DNA of 64,000 bases from Candidatus Gastranaerophilales bacterium. GTDB lineage: Bacteria > Cyanobacteriota > Vampirovibrionia > Gastranaerophilales > Gastranaerophilaceae. The translations under genes and the position numbers were made by a program. Shown piece after piece: positions 22,051 to 32,300 of the stretch. How positions within the stretch are numbered: position 1 is the first letter of the stretch; every line of letters starts with the position of its first letter. The notes beneath the pieces are model-generated. The model saw only the letters and a list, made by a program, of their open reading frames with translations, was not told the DNA's origin and ran no database searches. The stretch covers positions 36,380 through 100,379 of the forward strand of contig CANQNW010000007.1 of NCBI GenBank assembly GCA_947625305.1, read 5' to 3'.

Positions 22051-24660
22051 ATGAAAAAAATATTTTTATCCGTAATATTTATATTTATAGGTTTAGTTTC
22101 ATTTGCATCGGATTTTTCAACATTCAATCTTGATAACGGTCAAAAGGTTATTATAAAAGAGGTTCATGATAACCCGATTGTTATAATAGATACTTGGATA
22201 AAGACAGGGTCTATAAATGAAACTGATGAAAATAACGGAGTAGCGCATTTTTTGGAGCATTTATTCTTTAAAGGTACACCAAAACATCCGAGTAAAGAGT
22301 TTGACAGGATTTTAGAATCAAAAGGTGCCGTTACAAATGCGGCAACAAGTAAAGATTATACTCATTATTATATTTTAATACCTTCTCAATATTTTGATTT
22401 AGCATTGGATTTGCATTCCGATATGCTTTTAAATCCTTTAGTTCCGAGGAAAGAACTTGAAAAGGAACGTAAGGTGGTTATAGAAGAAATCGCTAAAAAT
22501 AATGATAATCCGAGGACTGTGTTATACAAAAATATGATAAAAGGATTTTATAAAACCCATCCTTATAAAAGAGATGTAATAGGTACAAAAGAAGTCATAG
22601 AAACAATTTCAAGAGAACAAATTCTCGATTTTTATAATAGGTGGTATACACCTGAGAATATGACAACTGTAATAGCAGGGGATGTGGATACTCAAAAGGC
22701 TTTAGATTCTGTTAAAGAAAAATTTAATAAGCCTTCTGCTCCCTCTCAAAATAAACAACCCGTTTATAAAACGGATAAAAAACCCGTATCTCAGATTGAA
22801 AATCAAATTCGTTTAAATGTAGAAACGGGATATCTATTAATCGGATTTAAAGGGGCTGATAAGATTGATTCCAAAGATTCTTATGCTTTAGATGTGCTTG
22901 CTACAATAATGGGAGAAGGTAAATCTTCAAGATTATATAAAGAACTTAAAGAACAAAAACAGCTGGTTTATAATATTTCAGCCTCAAATGCATCAATGAA
23001 AGATGACTCTATATTTTATATTTCGGCGGATTTTTCTTTGACGGAGGTACAAAGAATTAAAGAAGCGGTTTTTGAGGAAATTCAAAAATTAAAGAAAGAT
23101 GAAATTTCCGAGGATGAAATTAAAAAGGCTAAAAATATTATAGAAAGAGATACATACTATTCAAGAGAATCAGTATCAAATATTGCGGGTGAAATAGGTT
23201 ACACCGTAACGATTACGGATAATACCTCCTATTATAAGAATTATATTGAAAATATAAATAAAGTTACTAAAGAAGATTTAAAAAGAGTTGCAAAAACATA
23301 TTTAAATCCTGAAAACGCAGTTATTTCGGTTGTTTTACCCAATAAAGTATTGGAAACCAAAACAACTGAAACACCTAAAAGAGATTACAATGCAAAAATA
23401 ATAAGCTCAAACACTGATACAACTAAATATCAGTTGGAAAACGGGGCAGTTCTTGTTATAACAAAAAATACCGCAAATGATATTATAGCAATGGCAATGA
23501 CTTCAAGGGGCGGAAATAACCTTGAAAAGATACCTGGGACAGCCTCTGTAACGGCAGATACAATATTAAAAGGAACTAATAAATATAGAGGTCAGGAGCT
23601 TGCTCAAACAATAGAAGAAAATGGTATCAGGTTAATACCTTCAGCTAACGGTGATTCTTTTAGTCTTGTAACCAAATTTACTAAAAACGAGAAAGATTTG
23701 GCACTTGATGTTTTTAGCGAAGCTGCAAAAAATGCAACTCTTGACGGTTTTGATGTTGCCAAAGTTAAAGAAGATAAATTAAATGCAATTAAAAAACTTA
23801 AAAATACACCCGATTCATTGGTTTTTGATGAATTTAAAACAGCAATATGGCAAGGTACTCCTTACGGCAATACGGGTAAATTATTGGAAAAAACACTGCC
23901 TTCAATAAAAGAGCAGGATGTTAGAGATTTCTATAAAAATCTTTTTCCTGCCCAAAATGTTGTTATAACAATAAACGGAAATGTTAATCCCCAAGAATAC
24001 ATAAATTATTTTTCCGAGTTATTGAAAAATGATAATTCCCAAAAAATTAATCTGACACAGTTTGCATATAAATATAAACCTCTTATGCAAAATAAAACAA
24101 TAAAAGTCAAAAAAGAGACAGAGGCGCTCTGGCTTGTATTCGGCTGGCTAACTGATGGCGTAACCAATGAAAAAGATTGGGCATCTCTGCAGGTAATCGA
24201 TGCAATCTTAGGGTCAGGTATGAGTTCAAGACTATTCACTCAGCTAAGAGATGAACAAGGTCTTGCATACCAAGTCGGTTCAAGTTTTTCGGCAAATACA
24301 AATAGAGGGATATTTGCTGCATACATAGCAACAAACCCCGAATCGGGAATTATTGCAAAAACAGGCTTGTTAAAAGAAATTGATAAATTAAAGCATGAAT
24401 TTGTTACAAATAAAGAACTGTCTGAGGCAAAAGATAAAATTCTGGGTAATTTTGTACTTTCTATGGAAACAAATATGGATAAAGCATCGGTTATAAATTC
24501 TCTTGAAATAACGGGAAGGGACTATACTTTTATACAAAGATACCCGCAATTGATTAATTCTGTTAGTGTTCAAGATATTATAAAGACCGCAAATAAGTAT
24601 TTTTCAAAGCCGTATGTATTTACCGTACTCGGCAGCGGAAAAACTATTGAAAAATTATAA
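22051..24660 (+). CDS. Secreted M16 (pitrilysin-family) zinc peptidase, two fused M16 units
   Basis: Signal peptide, inverted zincin HFLEHLFFKGT (HxxEH), and 869 aa equal to two M16 active/inactive domain pairs. Confidence 0.85.
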   Translation: MKKIFLSVIFIFIGLVSFASDFSTFNLDNGQKVIIKEVHDNPIVIIDTWIKTGSINETDENNGVAHFLEHLFFKGTPKHPSKEFDRILESKGAVTNAATSKDYTHYYILIPSQYFDLALDLHSDMLLNPLVPRKELEKERKVVIEEIAKNNDNPRTVLYKNMIKGFYKTHPYKRDVIGTKEVIETISREQILDFYNRWYTPENMTTVIAGDVDTQKALDSVKEKFNKPSAPSQNKQPVYKTDKKPVSQIENQIRLNVETGYLLIGFKGADKIDSKDSYALDVLATIMGEGKSSRLYKELKEQKQLVYNISASNASMKDDSIFYISADFSLTEVQRIKEAVFEEIQKLKKDEISEDEIKKAKNIIERDTYYSRESVSNIAGEIGYTVTITDNTSYYKNYIENINKVTKEDLKRVAKTYLNPENAVISVVLPNKVLETKTTETPKRDYNAKIISSNTDTTKYQLENGAVLVITKNTANDIIAMAMTSRGGNNLEKIPGTASVTADTILKGTNKYRGQELAQTIEENGIRLIPSANGDSFSLVTKFTKNEKDLALDVFSEAAKNATLDGFDVAKVKEDKLNAIKKLKNTPDSLVFDEFKTAIWQGTPYGNTGKLLEKTLPSIKEQDVRDFYKNLFPAQNVVITINGNVNPQEYINYFSELLKNDNSQKINLTQFAYKYKPLMQNKTIKVKKETEALWLVFGWLTDGVTNEKDWASLQVIDAILGSGMSSRLFTQLRDEQGLAYQVGSSFSANTNRGIFAAYIATNPESGIIAKTGLLKEIDKLKHEFVTNKELSEAKDKILGNFVLSMETNMDKASVINSLEITGRDYTFIQRYPQLINSVSVQDIIKTANKYFSKPYVFTVLGSGKTIEKL

Positions 24661-24696
24661 AAAATATTTTAAATTGGAATTAAGAAAAAGGTTTAT

Positions 24697-25278
24697 ATGA
24701 GAGAGCAAATTGTAAAAGACAAAGAATTTAATATAATATCACGAAGTATTGATAATGCTTCAAAATGCAAGGTAGAAGAAGTAACAGAAGAATATTTCAG
24801 TGTTAAATTACAATCTAAAGGAACATATGAAGTTGATGAAACGGCAGAATTATTTGCAATGACTCCTAAAGGACAATTATATTTTGAAACAATAGTAAAA
24901 GAAGTAAAAGATGATATTGTTTCATTGTGGTTTCCGTTGACATATAAGTATCTTCAAAGAAGAGAATACTCCAGAGTTCAAATCGGTAAAGAAGTAAAAT
25001 TAACTTGTGATAATAAAAGTTATAATGCACACGTAATTGATTTAAGTGCAGGCGGATTAAAGTTAATTACAAATGAACAGTTAGAACTTTTAAAAGATTA
25101 TAATCTTGTAATAGAGATAGAAAATAAACAAATAAAATGTAAATTTGAACCTATTAGAATAGAAACGGAGGGAAATCGTTTTATTTCTTCGGGGAAATTT
25201 AAGGACTTAGATAATTATGACAGAATTGCAATGGTTCAATTTTGTTTTATGAAACAAATTGAAAGCAGTACAAAATAA
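24697..25278 (+). CDS. PilZ-domain c-di-GMP binding protein
   Basis: The RxxxR motif (QRREYSRV) and D-x-S-x-x-G motif (DLSAGGLK) have canonical spacing. An N-terminal YcgR-like domain is present. Confidence 0.75.
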   Translation: MREQIVKDKEFNIISRSIDNASKCKVEEVTEEYFSVKLQSKGTYEVDETAELFAMTPKGQLYFETIVKEVKDDIVSLWFPLTYKYLQRREYSRVQIGKEVKLTCDNKSYNAHVIDLSAGGLKLITNEQLELLKDYNLVIEIENKQIKCKFEPIRIETEGNRFISSGKFKDLDNYDRIAMVQFCFMKQIESSTK

Positions 25279-25339
25279 CTTGTAAAAGCTTTAAAAATAT
25301 TGTTAAATAATATTAAGTATATAAATATTGGAAGAAAAA

Positions 25340-27004
25340 ATGAATAAGATTGTTTCAACTAAAAATAATACATTTAAAAATGTATCAGGTTATGGAAAAT
25401 ACAATACTATAATGACCACATTGGTTGGTGTAATAACAGTAATGGTTTTTATAGTAAGTATGTTAATGTATAGTTCCTCAATGGGCTATTTGAACAATTT
25501 AGAAAAAGACCTATCGGCGGATTTAATATCTAAATTGCCTGTGTTTGATAATATAGAGAGATATACTTATTCTCACGATGAAAGTTTAATGAATGATTTA
25601 AACAGCATACTGGGAAGAAATTATGTCGGATATGTTGTAGTATACGATGTCTTAATGAATCCCGTTCATTCAAGCTTAAGGAAATCGCAGTATAAATTAG
25701 AAGCCCCTATGGGGAAAAACGGAAAATACAGATTAATACTAAATAATCAAAAAATAACAGGCTTAGATGAATTAAAAACAATTGAATTTAAAGTAAATAA
25801 TTATACGGTATATCTTGGTATACAAAAAATAAATGCAAAAAAATATCAAGAGGCATTTAATTCACAGGTATTTCCGATTTTAAGTTTAATATTACTTGCT
25901 ACATTAATCATATCAATTATATTGGCAAGAAGTATATCAAATCCCTTATCTACAATGGAAAAAACAATTTCAAAAATAGGAGAAGGTGATTTATCGGGCA
26001 GGCTTGATTATACAAAATATAATGAAATCAATCACCTTGTAGAAGCTTATAATATGATGGTAAATACTCTGCAAAGAATGTACGCAACTTTAGAGGTGCA
26101 GGTTCAAGAGCGAACAAAGGAATTAAAAAATGCCTATGCTGAACTTCAAAATACCCAGGCGATGATGGTTCATTCGGAGAAAATGAAGTCTTTAGGTGAA
26201 CTTGTTGCGGGTATAATGCATGAAATTAATAATCCTATTAACTTTATATATGGCAATATGACACATTTAAGCAATTATTCAAATGATTTAATTAATATTA
26301 TTGAAGAATATACTAAATATGGAAATTCTTTAAAGCCTGAAGAAAAAGAAGATATAGATAAATTAAAAGAAGATATTGATTACGAATTTTTAAAGACCGA
26401 TATGCCTGATTTAATAAAAAGCTGTAAAGAAGGGGCAGACAGGGCTAAAAATATAATTCAGGATTTAAAGAGTTTCTCAAGAATGGAGGAGGCTGCAATA
26501 ACAGATGTTGATTTAGTCCATGAAATAGATACAACATTAAATATACTTCATAATAAATTAAAAAATAAAGCTGAAATACATAAGGAATATGAAGAACCTA
26601 TACCAAAAATAGAAGCATTCGGCGGACAGTTAAATCAGGTGTTTATGAATATACTTGATAATGCGGGAAGTGCAATAGAAAAAACAGGTGATATCTGGAT
26701 AAGATTGAAACCCGATAATAAATTAAATAATATTATAATTGAGATAGAAGATAACGGAATCGGTATGGATAAAGAAACGGCAATGAAAGTTTTTGACCCG
26801 TTCTTTACAACAAAACCCGTAGGACAGGGAACCGGTTTAGGGATGTCTATTACTCATAAAATAATAAAAAATCATCAAGGTACGATAAAACTTGAATCTG
26901 AAAAAGGAAAAGGTTCTAAGTTTATAATTACTCTCCCCATAAAAATTGACAGAGAAAGTATGAACGCAGTAAAGGAGGAGGCAGGAGAGACCGTAAATGG
27001 ATAA
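25340..27004 (+). CDS. Sensor histidine kinase (extracytoplasmic domain-HAMP-HisKA-HATPase)
   Basis: Two TM helices flank a roughly 130-aa loop. HAMP is present, with H box MHEINNPINFI, G1 EDNGIGM and G2 GTGLGMSI. The ATG at 25340, with a GGAAG RBS, is preferred over the TTG at 25328. Confidence 0.85.
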   Translation: MNKIVSTKNNTFKNVSGYGKYNTIMTTLVGVITVMVFIVSMLMYSSSMGYLNNLEKDLSADLISKLPVFDNIERYTYSHDESLMNDLNSILGRNYVGYVVVYDVLMNPVHSSLRKSQYKLEAPMGKNGKYRLILNNQKITGLDELKTIEFKVNNYTVYLGIQKINAKKYQEAFNSQVFPILSLILLATLIISIILARSISNPLSTMEKTISKIGEGDLSGRLDYTKYNEINHLVEAYNMMVNTLQRMYATLEVQVQERTKELKNAYAELQNTQAMMVHSEKMKSLGELVAGIMHEINNPINFIYGNMTHLSNYSNDLINIIEEYTKYGNSLKPEEKEDIDKLKEDIDYEFLKTDMPDLIKSCKEGADRAKNIIQDLKSFSRMEEAAITDVDLVHEIDTTLNILHNKLKNKAEIHKEYEEPIPKIEAFGGQLNQVFMNILDNAGSAIEKTGDIWIRLKPDNKLNNIIIEIEDNGIGMDKETAMKVFDPFFTTKPVGQGTGLGMSITHKIIKNHQGTIKLESEKGKGSKFIITLPIKIDRESMNAVKEEAGETVNG

Positions 27005-28010
27005 TAAATATAAAATATTAATAGTAGATGATGAACCTGATAACCTTGCACTCTTATATAGAACTTTAAGAGGAAAATATGAGATAGCAAAATCAACATC
27101 CCCTTTAGCTGCGTTAGACATACTAAAACAAGATCATTTTAACTGCATACTTTCAGACCATAAAATGCCTGAAATGGACGGTGTTGAATTTTTAAAAAGA
27201 AGTTATGAAATTTCACCCGATACAATGAGATTATTGGTAACGGCATATACAGATGCAGGTATTTTGATAGATGCAATTAACTATGCAAAAATATACAGAT
27301 ACATAAAAAAACCTTATAATCCCGATGAGTTGTTATTAATAGTTGAAAATGCACTTGAATACTGGCAGTTGAAATATGATAATACAACACTGATAAATGA
27401 TTTAAAAGAATTATTTTCAGGTACAATAACCGCAATAGTAGAAGCATTGGATTCAAAAGACTCATATACATTGGGCAGGAGCAGAAGGGTTACTTTTTAT
27501 GCCGTTAAAATGGCAAAAGCATTACATTTAAATCAAACTACTACAGGTAAAATAGAACTTGCAGGACTTTTGCATGACATAGGAATGATAGGTGTTTCTG
27601 ATGATATATTAGCAAAAGTGGAAAAACTTACTCCGGAAGAATATGATGAAATTAAAAAGCACGTTCATCACAGTGTAAAAATTTTGGATGATATTAAACA
27701 ATTAAGTGATGTTGTTGAAATTATAAAATATCACCACGAGTTTTATGACGGGACAGGCTATCCTTACGGCAAAAAAGCTGAAGAAATTCCGATTGGTTCA
27801 AGAATAATTGCCGTAGCAGATGCGTTTGATTCAATGGTTACACCAAAAATATACAGAAAACAGGTTGTTCCTTCTGAAGCATTGGCAAGAATTAAAGAAC
27901 TTTCAGGAAAACAGTTTGACCCTATCGTTGTTGAGTGTTTTGAGCAGATACTGCCTTCATGCATAAGAGAATTAAAGGAACTTGAAAGACAGACTTGGAA
28001 TAAAGCATAA
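26997..28010 (+). CDS. Response regulator with HD-GYP c-di-GMP phosphodiesterase domain (RpfG-like)
   Basis: REC (ILIVDDEP, SDHKMPEMDG, KKP) plus HD-GYP (LLHDIGM, HHEFYDGTGYPYG). The start overlaps the kinase stop by 8 nt. Confidence 0.9.
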   Translation: MDNKYKILIVDDEPDNLALLYRTLRGKYEIAKSTSPLAALDILKQDHFNCILSDHKMPEMDGVEFLKRSYEISPDTMRLLVTAYTDAGILIDAINYAKIYRYIKKPYNPDELLLIVENALEYWQLKYDNTTLINDLKELFSGTITAIVEALDSKDSYTLGRSRRVTFYAVKMAKALHLNQTTTGKIELAGLLHDIGMIGVSDDILAKVEKLTPEEYDEIKKHVHHSVKILDDIKQLSDVVEIIKYHHEFYDGTGYPYGKKAEEIPIGSRIIAVADAFDSMVTPKIYRKQVVPSEALARIKELSGKQFDPIVVECFEQILPSCIRELKELERQTWNKA

Positions 28011-28062
28011 AATTTTTGTGATAATATTATAATGTTAATTATAGTATTGAGGAAAATTTTAT

Positions 28063-29796
28063 ATGAGAATGACAAATCTTTTTTTGCAGACGTTAAGGGA
28101 ATTTCCTTCTGATGCAGAAGTTATGAGCCATAAATTACTTGTAAGAGCAGGATATATAAGAAAACTTGCAAACGGAGTTTATAATTATCTTCCCTTAATG
28201 TGGCGGGTGCTTAAAAAGATAGAAAACATTGTTCGTGAAGAAATGGATAATGCCGGCGCTCAGGAAATGTTAATGCCGTTTGTTCAGCCTGCTGAGTTAT
28301 GGCAGGAATCAGGCAGATGGGATGTATACGGAAAAGAATTAATGCGCTTAAAAGACAGGCATGACAGGGAAATGTGCTTAGGACCTACGCATGAAGAAGT
28401 TATAACCTCCGTTGCGCGAGAAGGAATACATTCATATAAACAGTTACCTGTCAATTTATATCAAATACAATCCAAATTCAGAGATGAAATAAGACCGAGA
28501 TTCGGCTTATTGAGAGGCAGAGAATTTATTATGAAAGATGCCTACAGCTTTGACGCCGATGAAAAAGGGCTTGATAAATCCTATGAAATAATGGCAGAGG
28601 CTTATAAAAAAATATTTGAAAGGTGCGGTTTGGAAACAAAAATGGTTCAATCCGACTCCGGTGCAATAGGCGGAAGTGTATCGCATGAATTTATGGTTTT
28701 GGTAAATGAAAAATCAGAAAATAATGCGGGTGAAAATGATGTATTTTACTGTACAAAGTGCGGATACAGCGCAAACTCAAATCATGCGGTTTCAATTTTA
28801 AAAGATGCCGTTACAGATGGCGGTTTTAGTAAAGCAGAAATTATTGATACTCCAAATACTCATTCAATAGAGGAATTATCAGCATTTTTAAAAGTTCCTT
28901 CATCTGTAATATGCAAATGTTTAATATATGTTGTAGACGGAAAATATATAGCTGCATTAATCAGAGGCGATAAAACAGTTGAAGAAACAAAATTAATGAA
29001 TGCTTTCCAAGGCAATGATGTCAGAATAGCATCCTCTGGCGAAATTGAAGAAATAATGGCAAATTCAGGGTTCAATGCCGTAGCAGGTTTTATCGGGCCT
29101 GAAGGATTAAAAAATGTTGAATTTATTGCCGATGAAACTGTAAAAGAATTAAAGAATTTTGTAGTCGGAATAAATCAAAATGATAAACATCTTATCGGCG
29201 CAAATTGGGGCAATGAAGTTCAACTCCCTCAAAAGATTGCGGATATAAGACTTGTTGAAGAAAATGATAAATGCACGGAATGCGGAAGTGATTTAAAAGT
29301 AACAAAAGGTATTGAAGTAGGGAATATATTTAAACTCGGAACAAAGTATTCAAAAGCTATGAATGCCGTATTTACCGATAAAGACGGAGAAGAAAAGCCT
29401 TTTATAATGGGTTGTTACGGAATAGGTATTTCAAGAACCGCAGCAGCTGCAGTAGAAAGACATCATGATGAATACGGAATTATCTGGCCGTTATCAATTG
29501 CACCTTATACGGTAACAGTTGTTCCCGTCAGCGACCAGGATGAAACTCAAATGAAAGTAGCTGAAGAAATTTATAAAAAACTCTCGGATAACAAAATTGA
29601 AGTTTTAATAGATGACAGACCCGAAAGAGCAGGAGTTAAACTTAAAGATGCCGATTTAATAGGTATTCCGTATAGAATTACAGTCGGCAGAACGATAAAA
29701 GATAATCTTGTAGAATTTAAAAACAGAGCAACGGGTGAAGTTATAAATATAACTCCCGATGAGGCGGTTAATAAAATTCTTGAATTATTTAATTAA
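28063..29796 (+). CDS. proS: Proline--tRNA ligase (bacterial type with INS editing domain)
   Basis: 577 aa with class II motifs (FRDEIRPRFGLLRGREF, GCYGIGISR) and an insertion domain between motifs 2 and 3. Confidence 0.95.
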   Translation: MRMTNLFLQTLREFPSDAEVMSHKLLVRAGYIRKLANGVYNYLPLMWRVLKKIENIVREEMDNAGAQEMLMPFVQPAELWQESGRWDVYGKELMRLKDRHDREMCLGPTHEEVITSVAREGIHSYKQLPVNLYQIQSKFRDEIRPRFGLLRGREFIMKDAYSFDADEKGLDKSYEIMAEAYKKIFERCGLETKMVQSDSGAIGGSVSHEFMVLVNEKSENNAGENDVFYCTKCGYSANSNHAVSILKDAVTDGGFSKAEIIDTPNTHSIEELSAFLKVPSSVICKCLIYVVDGKYIAALIRGDKTVEETKLMNAFQGNDVRIASSGEIEEIMANSGFNAVAGFIGPEGLKNVEFIADETVKELKNFVVGINQNDKHLIGANWGNEVQLPQKIADIRLVEENDKCTECGSDLKVTKGIEVGNIFKLGTKYSKAMNAVFTDKDGEEKPFIMGCYGIGISRTAAAAVERHHDEYGIIWPLSIAPYTVTVVPVSDQDETQMKVAEEIYKKLSDNKIEVLIDDRPERAGVKLKDADLIGIPYRITVGRTIKDNLVEFKNRATGEVINITPDEAVNKILELFN

Positions 29797-29873
29797 TAAA
29801 TCTTAATAAATTTACTTTTTCTATCAATAAAAAAAATTTATATTTTTTGCATGGATAAGCGAAAGGTAATATT

Positions 29874-30887
29874 GTGCTTTCTATAAAAACATATTCGGTT
29901 ATAAATAAAAGTATTCCGTTTTCATCAAAAAAAGCGGTTCCTTTTAAAGGTGAAGATGTAAGTGAATTATTACAGCAAGGCGATAAAGCACTTAACGAAA
30001 ACCGGCCGGATGAAGCTTTAAATTTATATATGCAGGCAAAACAAAAAAATCCTGATGATATAACAATATATAGAAAACTCGGTAAAGCCTTTTTAAATAT
30101 GAACAGTTATAAATCCGCCCAAGATAACTATAAAAAATATCTTGATAAAACTCCTGAAGATACTGATGCGTGGATAGATTACGGAGATGCATTAAGAAAA
30201 GACGGATTATATAAAAATTCAATAACCGCATACGAAAAAGCACTGGAGCTTGATAAGGGCAACGATTTAGCCAAAAGAAATATAATGGAGGCAAAAAACA
30301 GCCTGCTTGCAGTGTATTCACCCGAAAAAGCAAGACGGGAAAAAGATATGTATGCTTCAGAAAATTTAAAAAAAGCACTTCAAATAACCGTAGATTATCT
30401 TGGCAGTGAATATATGTCAAAAATAGCGGATGTAAACTTTTGTTTTGGTAAAACTGCCTCAATGGGCGGAACGGGTAATATAGCACAATATGAAAATTAT
30501 AAAAAAGGCATAACGGTATCTGATACTCATATTTATGCCGCTCCCGAGGTTATTGCTGCATACTTGGTGCATGAAAGTGTCCATGCTTCAGATAAAGATG
30601 CATATACATCAGTCAGAGAAGAACAAGATGCTTATAAAGCCGCCGCTAAATTTTGGATAAAAAATTCAAACGGAATTAAAGATCCCGAGATGGATTATGC
30701 CGCTTCATTATATAAAAAATCGCCCTCTGCATTAAGCGCAAGGGTAGAAGAAATATACAGGCTCAGAGATCCTCAAATTTCGGCAACTTCGCCAAATCAT
30801 CCGCCGAAAAAAAGTAAATCAACAGGCATGCTTTCAAAAAGAAAAGCGGCAAGCCAATCCATAAGACAGTATGATGTTATTGCATAA
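29874..30887 (+). CDS. TPR-repeat protein with C-terminal HExxH (putative zinc metallopeptidase-like) domain
   Basis: GTG start with a GAAAGG RBS. About three TPR units span residues 35-140. HExxH occurs in AAYLVHESVHASD, with downstream EEQDAY. The N-terminus is MLSIKTYSVINKSIPFSSKKAVPFKGEDV. Confidence 0.55.
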   Translation: MLSIKTYSVINKSIPFSSKKAVPFKGEDVSELLQQGDKALNENRPDEALNLYMQAKQKNPDDITIYRKLGKAFLNMNSYKSAQDNYKKYLDKTPEDTDAWIDYGDALRKDGLYKNSITAYEKALELDKGNDLAKRNIMEAKNSLLAVYSPEKARREKDMYASENLKKALQITVDYLGSEYMSKIADVNFCFGKTASMGGTGNIAQYENYKKGITVSDTHIYAAPEVIAAYLVHESVHASDKDAYTSVREEQDAYKAAAKFWIKNSNGIKDPEMDYAASLYKKSPSALSARVEEIYRLRDPQISATSPNHPPKKSKSTGMLSKRKAASQSIRQYDVIA

Positions 30888-32007
30888 ACGGATTTGTTTC
30901 GGGTGTTTGATTATTATTTAAAATAACCTGACCTTTAGTTGCTTCGGCTATATTTTCTGTTGCATATGCAACATATTTTCTGTATTTCTTTTTATTAACT
31001 CTTCTTGTCTTAATGAGCATATTACAGTAATCAAAAAAAGTTTGCAGATATTGAATTCTTTCGGGTTTTCTGCTTAACCAGTAGTTTGGGTTATAATTGC
31101 TTTTTTCGACATTGCAGGCTTCATGCATGGGAAGATAATTTCCGATATCATTTCTTTTGTTATTTTCACTGTAAGGGATGAAATGATCTGTATTTGAATA
31201 TGATAAAAGTCTTGTTGCAATTGTATAAGAATCCCAATCCTCGCCTTTTTTATTTTTACCCGAATACTTAACGAACCATGCAACTGCCATATCTGTAGAT
31301 GTTGGGAACTTTTTAGCTATTTTTTGCAACTTATCATACTTATGAGGATTTTTAATTTCAATCTGGCTGATTTCATCAAGCATTATTTTTCTTCTGAAAG
31401 GTGCCATTGTTTTCTTATTTTTAATAATTGATTTTAAAGAATCTATTTTGGATAATAAAACTTTCTTTTCATTTTCAGGCAATGTATAGGCTAAAGCTTT
31501 CATTTTGTTAATAAGTTTTAACTGAATTTCTTGTAAAACAGGAAGTTTTTCATCTCTTAACATAACAACCAGAGTTCTTATATCTTTAGCGCCTTCTATA
31601 TCCCCCAGTGATTCTGACAGATTGCATAATTCATGGTAAACCTGTTCTTCCACGGGCCGCATGTATTTTGTGTAATTACCGAGAAATTCTAAATATTCAT
31701 CGGAGGGAATTTTAGCAAGTTCTTTGCAGAATTTTTCATATTTTTTGGGAGAAATTAATAGTTTTCCGCAGGCAGGGCATGGAATATCAGAGATTTTTGA
31801 TAATATAAAATTGCCCGATCTTTCGGCAAGTTTTGGTATTGTAGTTTCAAAAGTTCTTTTTTGTCTTGATGTAAAGTTAACAGGATAATAAAAGACATTG
31901 CTAAGTTCTGCAGATTTAAAATTCCGCATTTGGCTAGCACTATTAGATTTTACACTTTTTCCTATTGTCCAATTATTATATTGGAAGGAAACAGGTTGTA
32001 TTTTCAT
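30877..32007 (-). CDS. Hypothetical protein with C-terminal HNH-like nuclease motif
   Basis: TDHFIPYS...NDIGNYLPMHEACNVEKS matches the D-H / N / H-x2-C-N-x2-K beta-beta-alpha-Me pattern. A CPACG zinc-knuckle-like motif lies near residue 77. The N-terminus is MKIQPVSFQYNN...MRNFKSAEL. Confidence 0.5.
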   Translation of the reverse strand: MKIQPVSFQYNNWTIGKSVKSNSASQMRNFKSAELSNVFYYPVNFTSRQKRTFETTIPKLAERSGNFILSKISDIPCPACGKLLISPKKYEKFCKELAKIPSDEYLEFLGNYTKYMRPVEEQVYHELCNLSESLGDIEGAKDIRTLVVMLRDEKLPVLQEIQLKLINKMKALAYTLPENEKKVLLSKIDSLKSIIKNKKTMAPFRRKIMLDEISQIEIKNPHKYDKLQKIAKKFPTSTDMAVAWFVKYSGKNKKGEDWDSYTIATRLLSYSNTDHFIPYSENNKRNDIGNYLPMHEACNVEKSNYNPNYWLSRKPERIQYLQTFFDYCNMLIKTRRVNKKKYRKYVAYATENIAEATKGQVILNNNQTPETNPFMQ

Positions 32008-32300
32008 ATTATTCTCATAATGTCTGATATAAATACAAAACTAAAAAAATTAAAATTTGTCGTTAAAGTTAAAAATTGTAAATTTGAATTTTTGAGTATA
32101 AAAATTTTACAATTTTAATAAAAAACCCTCTTTTTTTTAAAAAAAAGGGTTGTTTTAATAAAAATTGCATTGAAAATTTACAAAAATGTCAATTTTTTTA
32201 ATGCGCAAGTTCTTAAATTAAAAAATTAAAAAGCAAAAAAATTTGTTTTTAGTTATTAAATTGATATGATTGCAAATGGTGTAAAGGGCAATTATATAAA

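Noticed and set aside
32124-32151. A near-perfect palindrome AACCCTC-T8/A8-GGGTT in the divergent promoter region between the HNH-like gene and the membrane protein gene.
   Set aside because: It could be a weak bidirectional terminator or an operator. However, the stem is mostly A-T with only three G-C pairs, and such A/T palindromes are frequent in this composition. I recorded it as context only.
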